Source: Macrostomum lignano (lineage: Eukaryota). From it: a stretch of DNA of 64,000 nucleotides. The notes under the pieces were generated by a model. The model ran no database searches, had not been told where the DNA came from, and saw only the letters and a program-made list of their open reading frames with translations. Location: the NCBI GenBank assembly GCA_002269645.1, contig NIVC01000839.1, positions 310,001-374,000 of the forward strand, given 5' to 3'. Position numbers and translations under genes: made by a program. Shown here in pieces: positions 33,701 through 46,517 of the stretch; the stretch's first letter is position 1, and every line of letters starts with the position of its first letter.

Positions 33701-36700
33701 CCACTCCTAGTTTCTCTCTTTTCTCTCCTCTCCTCTCCCCTCAATTCCTCTCCTTTCCACTCCTCTTCTTTTCTTGCTGTCTACTCTCCTCTCCTCCCCA
33801 TCCTATCCCTTCTCTCCTCTCTCCCTCCAAGCTCCTCTCTATTCGCCTCTCCTCGCCTCTCCTTTCTCCAATCTCTCTTCTCCCTTTTCTTTCTCTATTC
33901 TCTCTCCTATCTTCCCTCCTCTGGCCCGCAGCCATGCTCTAGGTTCTCTATCTGGCCCTTGAAGTAAAAAAGTTTGCCGACCCCTGTTCTAGGGACTAGG
34001 CTGGGGACGCTGATATGGTTCTAGGGACACAACGCCGCTTCAAGGCAACCCACGAGCCCCAGTAAACTCGTTATCTAACCTAGCTTCTAATATTTCCCCA
34101 AGTCAAAACTACTAACAGTAGCGTAAAAGCAAATGCTTTTATCACGAACAGTACACAATATAGACAACTTTTAGCTAGATCGTATTACCTCAAAGACATG
34201 TCCGCACGTGTCCAATCTGATGAATTTCGCATCTGGCTCATCTTCGGTGCCGAAAAAGATGTCTCGAAATTTCTGGTCCGTACCGCAGCATCTGCAGACG
34301 ATCAGATGCGACCTCTCGCCGCACAGACCGATGCACTCCAGAATACCGGTTTTGCATACTTTGCATGCGTTGTTTTTCGGCTTAAAGCTGCACGGCTCGT
34401 TGCAAGGATCGCGGTCGCATCGTTCGTGGCATCTGCGAAGACAATTTTGCATTAAATCTGGACTGCTAGCATAAAAGTTTATGCTTTTTTACTGCCGAAA
34501 TTTGAGAAATGGTAAATCAGCTTACTGTGTATTGGTGACTATAATCACACCCAGCTCTCTCTTTCTCTCTCCCTCCTCTCAGCGTACATCGGTCGATGAC
34601 TTATCACATTCTGCTCGCTCTTCTCTCAGTGTACATTGGTCGATGACTAATCACTTTACTTGACTTAGCTGCAGGGGGCTCCGAGCGTCCGGAAACAGCG
34701 AGGAGGCGTTGCCGCCCATTTCGCTAACCCCTGGCGAGATGACTAATCACACCCTCCTCTCTCTTCTCTCAGTGTACATTGGTCGATGACTAATCACACC
34801 CTCCTCTCTCTTCTCCCAGTGTTCAGTTTACATCCTGTTTTACTGTACACTGTGATGATTACATAGGATAATGTATAACACTCACTTTCTAGTGCATCGC
34901 CCGTGAGGGCACCGGTTGTCACAGGGCTGGTTGCAGGGCACACAGGCGTCGCCGCATAGCATTCGGCACTTGTTATGCCGGCAAGCGTTGAGGCATTCCT
35001 GCTGACAGGGCGGGCAAGCTTGATGACAGGTGGAGCTGCGGCACACGTGGCCGCACACGAGCACCCGCTCGCACGGTTCTCTGCAGGGCACGTGCAGTCG
35101 GCCCTGCAATGATTGTTGTTTGGCTGGTTTTATTCGATTTCGACTAAAATCTATTATCGATTTTTTATTGGCCTGCCAACCCAACTCCAATTATCGATTT
35201 TTTATTGGTCCACCGCCCCAACCCCCATTATCGATCTTTTATTAGACCACCACCACAACCCCGATTGTCGATCTGTTTTTGGACCACCACCCCAACCCCA
35301 ATTATCGATCTGTTATTGGCCTACCAGCCCAACCCCAATTATCGATCTGTTATTGGCCCACCACCCCAACCCTCATTATCGATCTTTTATTAGACCACCA
35401 CCCCAACCCCGATTGTCGATCTGTTTTTGGACCACCACCCCAACCCCAATTATCGATCTGTTATTGGCCTACCAGCCCAACCCCAATTATCGATCTGTTA
35501 TTGGCCCACCACCCCAACCCTCATTATCGATCTGTTATTAGCCTGCCAACCCCACTCCAATTTATTGATTCAAAACCCACTTCATAGAGTCACTCAGCAG
35601 ACCACAAGCCTTTCCAACCCCCAACCTTGGCGCACCTGGTTGCACAAACCGCAGCGACCCTTGCACCTGTGCCCGCAAGCCAATTCAGCTCCGCACGGCT
35701 GCTGACACCTGGAAAAGAGTTCGCTATTCTCGCTGCAAGCGATGCTGGCCATGTGCTGACAGGGCAGTCTGCGCTCCACCCGGGCGAGGCACTGGTAGCT
35801 GTGAGGCTCGCCGCACTTCCTACTGCACAAGTGGCCGCAGTCCAGCACCAGAGTGCACGGCTCCTGACAGGTGAACTTTTCTGCAGGCATCCAACATTCC
35901 ACCTGGCAGTTTGAAAGATTAAAAAATGGTCAATACTATAATTTGATTTGGAATACTCAAATGAACTGCCGCTTACTCAAAGAAACTACCGCTTACTAAA
36001 GTATTTGAGAAATCGGCCTCTTGACCCACTCGGAACAATTTGTGTCCTTGAGCAAGACACCTCACTCTGCATTGCTTCAGTTCACCCAGCTGTAAAATGG
36101 GTGCCAGCATTAGCTGGAATAATTGAGGCTGTGGCGACCACTCCTCAGTCCTTGGACTGAACAGCCGTACGCAGCCTTCAGATGCGCCGCGCAATAGCTG
36201 CGGCTGAGCTGTCGGTTGCACATCTGCCCATTTTGGCAGGCATAAAGATAAAGCAACGCAAACGCCTCTGACAAAAATTTTACCCTGATAGAAGTGTCAA
36301 AGTCTAAGACACCTGACGAGTCCCCCCCAAACAGCTCTCACCATCTGCGTGTGGCCGCACTTCGGGATTCTCTTCGGCTCCCGAACGGTGCACTTGCACT
36401 GCTCGTGGCAGCGTTTAGGACACGGATGTCCTTTGGAGCAGGACTTCGGGCAGGGCATTTTGCAGATGACCTCCGCGTGCTCCTTGTCGGTGGGGTGGCA
36501 GGCCTTCTTGCACACGTGACCGCAGGGCATCCGCTGTCCGCAGGGCTTGTTGCAGCCACCTTCTGGCGACTTTCGAAAGTCGGCCGGCTCGCGAATCTCG
36601 ATGCTGGGCTCGTCCGGGTGGTTCTGGCAGGCCAGACGGAGCGCGTCGCCATAGCAACCGGGCTCGTGCGCCACCGTGTCGACCATGCGACGCCAGAGAC

Positions 36701-39700
36701 GGCTGGACTCCGCTAGCAGGTCGAAATTGCCGACAGCGTACAGGCCTCTCTTGGCGCGGCTCAGTGCCACGCAGACGCGATTCTCCGTCTTCAGGAAACC
36801 GATGTCGAAGTCGTCGTTGCTGCGAACCAGCGACAGGATAATAATGTCGTTTTCTTCGCCCTGAGATTTCCGGGAAAAGGCGCGGTGACGTTACGCTTCG
36901 ATTTTGGATGCTTAGAAAGAAATCTATTAAGTAAAGTTTGGCTAGACACTGAAATCTACCGATTGCGTTGACTAGACACTGAAATCTACCGATTGCGTTG
37001 ACTAGACACTGAAATCTACCGATTGCGTTGACTAGACACTGAAATCTACCGATTGTGTTGACTAGACGCTGAAATCTACCGATTGCGTTGACTAGACGCT
37101 GAAACCTACCGATTGTGTTGACTAGACACTGAAATCTACCGATTGTGTTGACTATGACACTGAAATCTACCGATTGCGTTGACTAGACACTGAAATCTAC
37201 CGATTGCGTTGACTAGACACTGAAATCTACCGATTGCGTTGACTAGACACTGAAATCTACCGATTGCGTTGACTAGACACTGAAATCTACCGATTTTGTG
37301 TTGGCTAGACACTGAAATCTACCGATTGCGTTGACTAGACACTGAAATCTACCGATTGCGTTGACTAGACACTGAAATCTACCGATTGCGTTGACTAGAC
37401 ACTGAAATCTACCGATTGCGTTGACTAGACACTGAAATCTACCGATTTTGTGTTGGCTAGACACTGAAATCTACCGATTGCGTTGACTAGACACTGAAAT
37501 CTACCGATTGCGTTGACTAGACACTGAAATCTACAGATTGTGTTGACTAGACACTCAAACCTACCGATAGATACTCAAATCTACCGATAGACGCTCAAAT
37601 CTAACGATAGACACTCAAATCTACCGATAGACGCACTCAAATCTACCGATAGACACTCAAATCCCTAGACACTCAAATCTACCGATAGAATCTACCAATA
37701 GACACTTAAATCCCTAGACACTCAAATCTACCGATAGAATCTACCGATAGGCACTCAAATCTACGGATAGACACTCAAATCCCTAGACACTCAAATCTAC
37801 CGATTGACACTCAAATCTACCGATAGACACTTAAATCTACCGATAGACACTCAAATCTACCGATAGACACTCAAATCCACCGATAGACACTCAAATCTAC
37901 CTGGTAATTGTCGCAAACGCAGACTCGCACGCCGCGCATCAAAGGAAACTTGGGAATTAGCCGCTTGATGCTGAGCAGCTGCCCGCTGTACAGGGTGAGC
38001 ACGGTGATCTGGCTCTGACTGTAGCCCTGCTTCACCAGATGGCAAGCCAGCTGCACCACCATCTCGCTCTCAAACTGATTGCTCCTGCTGCGCATTTCTT
38101 CAACGTAGTCCTCGTGCTGTTTGTGATTCATGAAGAACAAGTTGCTGGACATGCCCATCACGTCCGGGTAGGTGAGCACACTGACGTGATCCTGCAGGCC
38201 TGGATAAATGTGCTGCATTAACTTGGCAATCTCTGGCCGCATCCGATGCTGGTAGACCAGAGTGTCATAGTGCACCCGATTGTTCACCAGCCGTTCGAAC
38301 AGGGACACATCGAGGTTGTACTTTTTGGCCAGCTCATACACGGCCGGGTTCGGTTTGAGCTGCTTGTGATCGCCAATCAGCACCAGGTGCTGACAGCCCG
38401 GACTCAGCGAAGCCAGCACGTGCGATTCCAGCACCTCGGCTGCCTCTTCAACGATGACAATTTTTGGTTGAACCTGGCGTAGAACTCGACGATAGCGCGC
38501 CGCTCCGGTAGTTGTCATGGCAACCAAACGGCTGGCCTCGAACACCCGACGGTCGCACTCGTACACGGCCTCGGTGAGCTGGGCGCGCACCTGATTGTAT
38601 TCCCGCTTGAGCTGCTCAATCTTCTCGCCCTGCTGCAGCAGGTACAGCTTTCGCCAGCGTCTGTACAACTGCCATCGGCTGTTCTCGTCCAGGCTCCAGA
38701 TGTGGACGATCTCTCTGGCCTCCTGCTCGGGCATCGCCTCCTGGATTTGCAGCTGATGCTCAATCTGTCGGTTCTGCCTGCGCTGGTCGAACACCGTCTG
38801 GAAGCCGTCCTGGTCGACCAGGACGCAGTTGCCAATGTCCACAGCCTTCTCGCGCTCGACCTCTGCCCTGATGCTGTGCTCCATCTCCTCTCGGCGGCCG
38901 GGCCGATCCGACAGCAAACCGTGCGACGCGTCGCGCACGTCAAATTCAAAGTCGCCCTCGCCGCGCACATTGTCGTCATTTTCGTTGTCGTCGTCCCTGT
39001 CGTCGCCCGAAACGATCCTTGCAGCGGCTTCGTAGGCCTCCTGGAAGATGAACTCCTCTATCAGGTCGATGTTCTCGTCTTCAGCTGCCAGAGCCTCGTC
39101 TAACGACAGTTCGACCTCTTCGATAGCCACAACGCCCACGCTGAGTATCCACAAGTTGAAGAGCTCGCTGAGCCGGTCCAGATCGCTGGCTTCGGCCCGG
39201 TGTCGCCTTCTGGCCGCGGATTCCATCGCCGACAGGCGAATGTGCTCAGGCGCATGCTCCTCCAGGCTGGCGAGATGCTCCGGCAAGATGAAATCGTAAA
39301 GCAGGTGAAACTTGATCAGCCTGCGGAAGGGTAGGTCCAAATCGATGCACATTCTGCCCAGCTTGTCTTCGATGCCGTGCAGTTTGGTGCGCAGGTCGTA
39401 CACGATGCGGTCCGTGCGGCGTTTCCGGTACAGCAGGCAGCCTTCGAGTTTCGCTGACTGGCAGCGGCCGCCAACGCGTACAGCGTCCTCGGCCTGGACG
39501 AAACCGAGGATGCCTTCGAGGAACTGGTCGAGAGCGTGATTGGTGTAGCACACCAGCAGGATGGGACCGAAGTTGGGCCGACGGCTCTGGATGTTGTGCA
39601 CCAGCATTTGGGCGATTCGAAGGCCCAGATGGGTTTTGCCTGTTTAAAAATAATTTGTGATAGAGATTGACAGGTACTGTGGAAAATTAAGAACAGCTAT

Positions 39701-41742
39701 TGAACGCCTCACCTGTTCCAGGTGGCCCCTGAATAATAGCCAGCTCGTTTCTCAGGGCGGTCTTCAGCGCCGCGTACTGGCTGTCGTCTAGTTGAATAGA
39801 CTCCATAGTTGGCCACTCCTGATCCTCCTGGATGTGGACCTTGCCGAGATTTTCGTGATGATGGGCTGTTTCCGGCATTATTGGCCGGAAGTCGTAGGTT
39901 ATTGTGGCGTTGAACTGGAGGTACTGTGGCGGGCGAACCTAGAGATTTGTGATTATTTTAAATTGCTTGTAAATATGAAAGTTTTCAAATTTGCCGCTTT
40001 GTGCCCCAAAGAAAGCTTCCTTATCAAGATTCGTTATCCAGAGCTTCCTTATCCAGAACTTCCTTCTCCAGAGCTTCTTTATCCAGAGCTTCCTTATCCA
40101 GAGCTTCCTTATCCAGAGCTTCCTTATCTAGAGCTTCCTTATCCAGAGCTTCATTATCAAGCTTCTTTATCAAGTTTCCTTATCCAGCTTCCTCACCAAG
40201 CCATCATTCATGTCGACAAAAGCATTTCAAAGTACATAATACCTTCGTCTGGCATTCGACCAGATATCGCGAAAACGGCACCCGCGCAGGATCCATGTCC
40301 TTGAGCGTCTCCAGCACATGCCTGTAACTCTCAAAGAACGCTGTGGTCTCAATCATGACAAACTTATTAGAAAATGCCAGCCACTCGTCCGGCTGATTGA
40401 CCCACAGCACTTTCAGGATGCCCTCATGCTCAAACTGCGCCGATCTGCGATCTTGCACGGTGGCAAAGTACAGTGTCTGGAAGGAGTCGCAGGACAGGCA
40501 GACAAGCGAGCCGTAAATCAGCCGTTTGGAGACGCTCCAGTTTGTTCTACGGAAGTTCGGCGACTCGGTGTCCAGCTGAACCGCGTAGCTGATGCCATCG
40601 TTAGAGCAGTAGAAAACGTTGCGCACCTTGACATTGTTGTAGACGCGGATGTCTGCGATGCGCCTGCGGCCAACGGGGTCCTTGCGCAGTTCGGCAAGAC
40701 CGCGACGCAACGGCTCAACCAAGTCTTCGCGCATGAGGCGAAACTGAGTGTCCAGATAGACCTCAGCAGACGGGTAGCTGCCCTTGACTCGATTCGCTTG
40801 CAAGAACACGTTTTTAAAGTCCGCGGCCAGATCCTCGCGAGTGGGAATAATTGTTAGTTCGCGAAAATCCTGCGGCGGCTGTTGGAATCGTTCGGCTCTT
40901 GCGGCTGCTTCCAACGCGTCCGGTGGCAGCTGCATCGACAGCTGCTTGGCCGTCATCTCTTCAAGCTTATCGGATAAATCGTCCAGCTTCTCGTCGATGA
41001 AGCTCGGACAGGTAACTAAGCTTCGCATCGCTTTCAGGTTAGCCCTGACAACCAGAATCGGCGCTTGCAGTCGATTGTAAGCCTCTTGGGGAGTCGTCTC
41101 AAAGCAGGCGTCCTGAATTTGGAGCACAAATCCAACAGTTTGCCATTCCTGCTCGTTTCGGCTTAACAGCAGGGGTAGCTGAGTCAGGTAGATTCTCAGA
41201 CTGTCGTCAAATAGTTTGCTGTGCATGAGCTGAGTGAGCAGTTTGATTTTTAGCTGAGGAGAGAAGTCCTCTTCAACAGCCTTGGCTGACAGTTGCGCAA
41301 CTGTGGCAAACAGCTGAGGTGATTTTATTTCACTGCCGATCAGATTTTCGAAACCGCTGCGCTCGTCCACCAGCCGCATGAGCAGCTCGTTTGACTTCAA
41401 CTTGCCCCTGTCAACGTCCAGTTCGAGTTGTTGCAGTTCGCTTTCTCGCATCACTCGGCCCCTGTTGGAGAAGTGCTGGCCGCCGCGGCCGCTGCTGCTG
41501 ATGCTGACGCCACCGGATGCGCCTCTTCCTCCGCCGCCTCGAGTTCGGCTGCCTGAAGCTCCCATCGGTGCACGGAAGTTTCCGCCAACATAGTCGCCTT
41601 CTGGACGGTCGTGGCGACTCATTGCTCCTCCGCCACGACCGCCTCTGCCGCCGCCACCTCCACGGCTCCCCCCTGCTCCGCCTCTGCCTCTGCCACCTCG
41701 TCCGCCGTCACCGCCGCCTCGGTTTTGGCGTCGGTCCGACAT
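30773..41742 (-). CDS. ZNFX1: NFX1-type zinc finger-containing protein 1 (UPF1-like SF1 RNA helicase, NF-X1 fingers, C-terminal RZ finger); exons 41742-40243, 39938-39713, 39639-37901, 36860-36342, 35902-35636, 35103-34886, 34432-34189, 33392-33070, 31924-31531, 31255-30773
   Basis: KRLIYGSLVCLS, LDDSQ..AIIQGPPGTG|KT, CYTNHALDQFLEG, IVEEAAEV, LIGDHKQLKP, QHRMRPEI, VDNYQ-like CDNYQ|GEEND, CVALSRAKRG, Cys-rich fingers, HWFKCPRGHVYAIGDCGG..CPECGATIGG; splice phases are consistent. Confidence 0.95.
31375..31490. repeat. 19-bp repeat (AAGAAGTTTCGAGCTTGTG)n, ZNFX1 last intron
   Basis: About 6 units. Confidence 0.85.
31935..33020. repeat. 15-bp-based minisatellite (GACACCGGACACTAA)n, ZNFX1 intron 8
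   Basis: Tandem variant units fill the intron. Confidence 0.93.
33561..33986. mobile_element. hAT-like MITE (~426 bp) with CT-rich interior, ZNFX1 intron 7
   Basis: TIR CAGGGGTCGG(T/C)AA; flanks TTCTATGG and TTCTAGGG (7/8 match, 8-bp TSD). Confidence 0.78.
35140..35560. repeat. ~34-bp repeat (TTATCGATCTGTTATTGGCCCACCACCCCAACCC-like), ZNFX1 intron 5
   Basis: Tandem units with a higher-order duplication. Confidence 0.88.
36021..36230 (+). mobile_element. CORE-type SINE copy 2 (5'-truncated), ZNFX1 intron 4
   Basis: TTTGTGTCCTTGAGCAAGACAC..CTTCAGTTCACCCAGCTGTAAAATGGGTGCC plus the shared tail. Confidence 0.82.
36945..37900. repeat. Composite 30-bp (GACTAGACACTGAAATCTACCGATTGCGTT) and 20-bp (TAGACACTCAAATCTACCGA) minisatellite, ZNFX1 intron 3
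   Basis: On the coding strand the 20-bp unit begins exactly at the donor GTAGAT; the 30-bp unit is an expanded derivative. Confidence 0.95.
40020..40200. repeat. 15-bp repeat (CCAGAGCTTCCTTAT)n, ZNFX1 intron 1
   Basis: Tandem units. Confidence 0.88.
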
Positions 41743-41814
41743 GATTGCAGCAGTTACCTGAAGTGTGTCAGCGACCAGTGTTTCTGCTTAGTGTACACAT
41801 GTAGCTTAAATTTA

Positions 41815-42380
41815 GTGATTCTTAGTGATGCTTAGTGATGCGTAGTGATGCTTAGTGATGCTTAATGATGCTTAGTGATGCTTAGTGATGCTTAATGATG
41901 CTTAGTGATGCTTAGTGATGCTTACTGGTGCTTACTGGTGCTTACTGGTGCTTAGTGATGCTTAGTGATGCTTAGTGATGCTTAGTGATGCTTAGTGATG
42001 CTTACTGGTGCTTACTGGTGCTTACTGGTGCTTAGTGATGCTTACTGATGCTTACTGATGCTTACTGATGCTTACTGGTGCTTACTGATGCTTACTGATG
42101 CTTACTGATGCTTACTGATGCTTACTGATGCTTACTGATGCTTACTGATGCTTACTGGTGCTTACTGGTGCTTACTGGTGCTTACTGATGCTTACTGATG
42201 CTTACTGGTGCTTACTGATGCTTACTGATGCTTACTGGTGCTTACTGATGCTTACTGATGCTTACTGATGCTTACTGGTGCTTACTGATGCTTACTTATG
42301 CTTACTCATGCTTACTCATGCTTACTCATGCTTACTTATGCTTACTTATGCTTACTGAATTTCAGTGGTGCTTACTGGTG
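41815..42380. repeat. 10-bp minisatellite (CTTA(C/G)TG(A/G)TG)n upstream of the ZNFX1 start
   Basis: About 55 units with variant blocks. Confidence 0.95.
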
Positions 42381-43089
42381 CTTACTTAGCGATGCTAAAG
42401 GAAGCTTCTCCTAGTGTTGCAACAGTATGAAATTATAATTGTTGTCAGGATCAAAGACTACTAACTTTATCTTCTAGTGCTCCCTGGTTAGGATTTTTTC
42501 CAAGTCAAGGATCTCAGTAATTATATGGTACAAAAAATCAGCTATACATACTTGTACTTCTGCTAAACAAAAGTTAACTACCTACCTACCGTACCGTCCA
42601 TATATACTTTCAATTAAATATTTTTTTAGGTTAGTGAATTAGAAACCTTTATTATAGTAAGTAAATCGACATTTTCCGTGCATGGGTGGGTATGGAAACA
42701 AGCTGTTACTTACTTTGCGTCAGCGATTATATATTCGATACGGTTGACTTAATCTAGTTTGTGTTTGAGAAAGATTTCAGACTTGCTACAAAGCGTTTAT
42801 CAACTATCTATATTATATGCAGAGTATTATGGCCGAAGATTTCTTGGAAACGGCTCGTGAATTTACAGCGTTGTAAATGCGGTACTAAGTGTACATAGGT
42901 AGGCTTAGTACGCAGAGATTGTACACTTATGCGATCGACCCTCTGTCTGGTCGCAGCTGGGGTTTCTATTTTTAGCATCACTGTTTTTAAGCGCCTGAGT
43001 CAAAGTGTACTTTACTACAGTAGAATTTTCGTTTTTCGTTTTCAACTGTCGGATACTACAAGGCAAAATTTGGAAGGTTAATAAGGGCG

Positions 43090-45110
43090 GGTCAGATCTG
43101 GCAGCTGAATAAAGGGGGTCAAATCTGAGATCTGAATAAGGGGGTCAGCTCTGGGAGCTGAAAAAAGGGGTCAGATCTGGGAGCTCAATAGGGGGCAAAT
43201 CTGGGAGCTGAATAAGGGGAGGGGTCATATCTGGGAGCTGAAATAGGGATGGGGTCATATCTGGGAGCTGAAATAGGGGGGGTCAGATCTGGCCATCTGG
43301 GAGCTGAATCGGGGGAGGGTTAGATCCGGGAGATGAAGGGGGTCAGATCTAGGAGATTAAGATGGGGTCAGATCTGGGAGCTGAATAAGGGGGGTCAAAT
43401 CTGGGAGCTGAATAAGGGGGGCTCAGATCTGGGAGCTGAATAAGGGGGGCTCAGATCTGGGAGCTGAAATAGGGGGGGGGGTCAGATCTGGGAGCTGAAA
43501 TAGGGGGGTCAGATCTGGGAGCTGAAATAAGGGGGGGTCAGATCTGGCCATCTGGGAGCTGAGTCGGGGGGGGGGCGGGGTTAAATCTGGGAGCTTAATC
43601 GGGGGGGGGGTCAGATCTGGGAGCTGTGTCGGGGGGGGGGGGGGCGGGGGTTAGATCTGCTTAATCGGGGGGGGGGGGGGGGGGTTAGATCTGGGAGCTT
43701 AATCGGGGGGTCAGATCTGGGAGCTGAAAAAGGGGGCTCAAACCTGGGAGCTAAATAAGGGGGGTCAGATCTAGGAACTGAAATAGGGAGGTCAGATTTG
43801 GGAGCTGAAATAGGGGGGGGTCAGAGCTGGCCATCTGGGAGATGAATCGGGGGGGGGGGTCAAATCTGGGAGCTGAATAAGGGGCAAATCTGGGAGCTGA
43901 ATAAGGGGGGGTCAGATCTGGCCATCTGGGGGGTGTTTCTCGAAACTCACGTAAGTTCTATGGTAAGTTAGATCGTAAGAAAGAAATTTACGTGTAGCGT
44001 AAGTTTGCTCGTAAGACGCTTTCTCAAAACTCACTTAGACTTTGCGTGGCTTACGCTGTTCGTAAGTCGTATCTGAAACGAAAAGTTGCATGTCTATGGT
44101 CATAAATCTGCAAATATCTTTACTTAGTCTATCGTAAGTTGCTTTCGAGAAAGACCCACCTTCGATAAAGTTTAACTTGACTTGGCTTGACTAAAGCTTC
44201 ACGTACTATGCGATTCGTGCTTAAGTGCGTCTTACGACTGATACCGAGCAGTCGTATGGTTAAGATCAACCTTACGAAAGACAATAGACATACGAACGTT
44301 TCGAGAAACAGTCTTTTGCGCAAAGTTACGAACTCGTAAAGTTGCGATCAATGGATAAATAATCAGCGGTCCGAGTGCGTGACAACGATTGTCTGGCGAG
44401 CGCCGGTAGGCGCGAGCCATAGACAAATCGTTGTCACGTGCTGCGACCGCTGATTCTTTGCATTGTTTTTCTGTTTGACGATCCTACAGACAATGCATTG
44501 TTTGTAGTAATGGATTGTTCTGCATTAAAAATGTGAATAATGATCGTCAAATTGCTAAACAATCTTACGCGTAGCTAACTTGCGAGCCCTTCGAGCAACC
44601 CGTAAGTGTAGCTTACCCAACTTACGTCTATGGTCGATCGTAAGTTGCTTTCGAGAAAGACCCCCCTGGGAGCTGAATCGGGGGGGGGGGTTAGATCTGG
44701 GAGATGAATCAGTGAGGGTCAGATCTGGGAGCTGAAAAGGGGGGTCAAATCTGGGAGCTGAAATGGGGGGGTCAAATCTGGGAGCTGAAAAAGGGGGGTC
44801 AAATCTGGGAGATGAAAAGGGGGGAGGGGTCAAATATGGGAGCTGAAATAAGGGGGGGGGTCAGATCTGGCCATCTGGGAGCTGAATCGGGGGGGGGTTA
44901 GATCTGGGAGATGAATCGGTGGGGGGTCAGCCGGTCAGTTGTGGGACCGGAATCGGGGGGGGTCAGATCTGGGAGCTGAATAAGGGGGGGGGGGGTCAAA
45001 TCTGGGAGCTGAATAAGGGGGGGGGTCAGATCTGGGAGCTGAAATAGGGGGGTCAGATCTGGGAGCTGAAATAGGGGGGGGGGTCATATCTAGGAGCTTA
45101 ATAAAAATTT
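43090..45110. repeat. G-rich ~25-bp repeat (GATCTGGGAGCTGAAATAGGGGGGTCA-like), interrupted by a MITE
   Basis: Tandem units with variable poly-G. Confidence 0.9.
43929..44665. mobile_element. PIF/Harbinger-like MITE (~737 bp)
   Basis: GGGGGTGTTTCTCGAAA / TTTCGAGAAAGACCCCC termini; 3-bp CTG duplication restores ATCTGGGAGCTG; internal copy of the right end at ~44131-44157. Confidence 0.75.
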
Positions 45111-45616
45111 AAGGGTAAGCTTTTGAGACTGAGCTTTAGCTACAAAACTACAGTGCAGTTGTGGAGGCTTTGGTGCGGAGTCGAGTCAGGACTCACAGTT
45201 GCCTCACGGCGAATCTGACATACGGTAAGATTATTTAGCTGAGCTCAATCGAACAATAGAAATATAGATTTTTTGCAGGCAGTTCTGCTCTCCTTGTGCA
45301 ACAGCTTGGCGTAAACGAAGCGAACCGTAAAAATGCTAGACTTTGAATGCTTCATTGAGTCATATGACGTGCTACTCCGCTACAAAACGTAGCCAACCCT
45401 TCTGGTTTTCAATTTGAGTCGGGGGAAGGGTAAGCTATTCGAGGTTCCTCCACACTGGACTAAACGCTTTTAAGCTTGCAAATTGCTTTCTACAAAGTCT
45501 TCAGACGTCAGGCTGCAAGTATTCTCGCCAATTGTTCTTGGTGAGTTCTCGCAACAGTTCTCATAGCGAGTCGTATAAAGAACGCGGCCACCAGAAAACT
45601 AAACTCCCTCCCTACT

Positions 45617-46517
45617 ATGGAGAAGGGCGACGAGCTACAGCAAGGCGGAGACATGAGCTACCAAGTGAGCCCATTTAGTTTAATATATCGCAGTTTACTG
45701 TATTTGTCTCATTGATCAAATAGATAGGTGTAACTTTCGTTGGAGCTTTATAATTTTTTGTAGGAAATAGTCGAATTTTAGCTACGAAAAAAACGTCGTG
45801 CAGACTTTTAAAGAGGACGCGGTTAGAGCGTCCTCTGCATGACTCTCCATTCCCAATTCGTCAAGGCCAAGGCACAGAGAGTGTACCAAGGACTACTAGA
45901 CTAGAAAGACGCAACACCTGAAAGTCGTGGAAGTGTTCCTAGTGGTCCTTGGAGTGTACAATTAGAGTGTAGGATTAGCATTCACTATAGTAAGGCCTTA
46001 GTCAGGGCGTAAAATGTGGTATTAGCTGTCTGACGTGACTCTTCCTAACCCTCCAACCTGCCAGCAGCCATCTTACGCTTATTCCAATCCGGTACTGACT
46101 CAGCCTCAGCCGCAGCAGATGCAGATGAACAGTCAAGTGAACATCACAATGAGCACAACGGACCAATCGAAAAAGTTTGATCATCCTCGCGATTGGACGT
46201 CCGGTCTCTGCGGCTGCTGCGAGGACTTCTCTTCCTGCTGCTGCATCTGGCTGTGCGGGCCCTGCTACCTGTGCTGTTGTCTGTCCGAACGAATGGGCGA
46301 GAGCTGCTGCACCCCAGTCTGCCTGTCCTGCGCCCATCCGGGCATGTTCCTGCCTGTGCTGCTCTATCGGACAAAACTCCGCTCCAAGTACAACATCAGA
46401 GGTAGCGCCATTGACGACTGCTGCTGCGCGATGTGCTGCTCGGCCTGCACCGCCTGCCAGATTAAACGGGAGCTCGACTACATTGAGCGATCCACCGGTC
46501 TGGCCGCGTTTGCTTAG
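45617..46517 (+). CDS. PLAC8/cornifelin-family cysteine-rich protein; probable exons 45617-45664 and 46065-46517
   Basis: DWTSGLCGCCED..CPC-like..GESCC..RTKLRSKYNIRGSAIDDCCCAMCCSACTACQIKRELD is a PLAC8 domain. The upstream 16-codon exon (donor GTGAGC, phase 0) is inferred. Confidence 0.88.
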
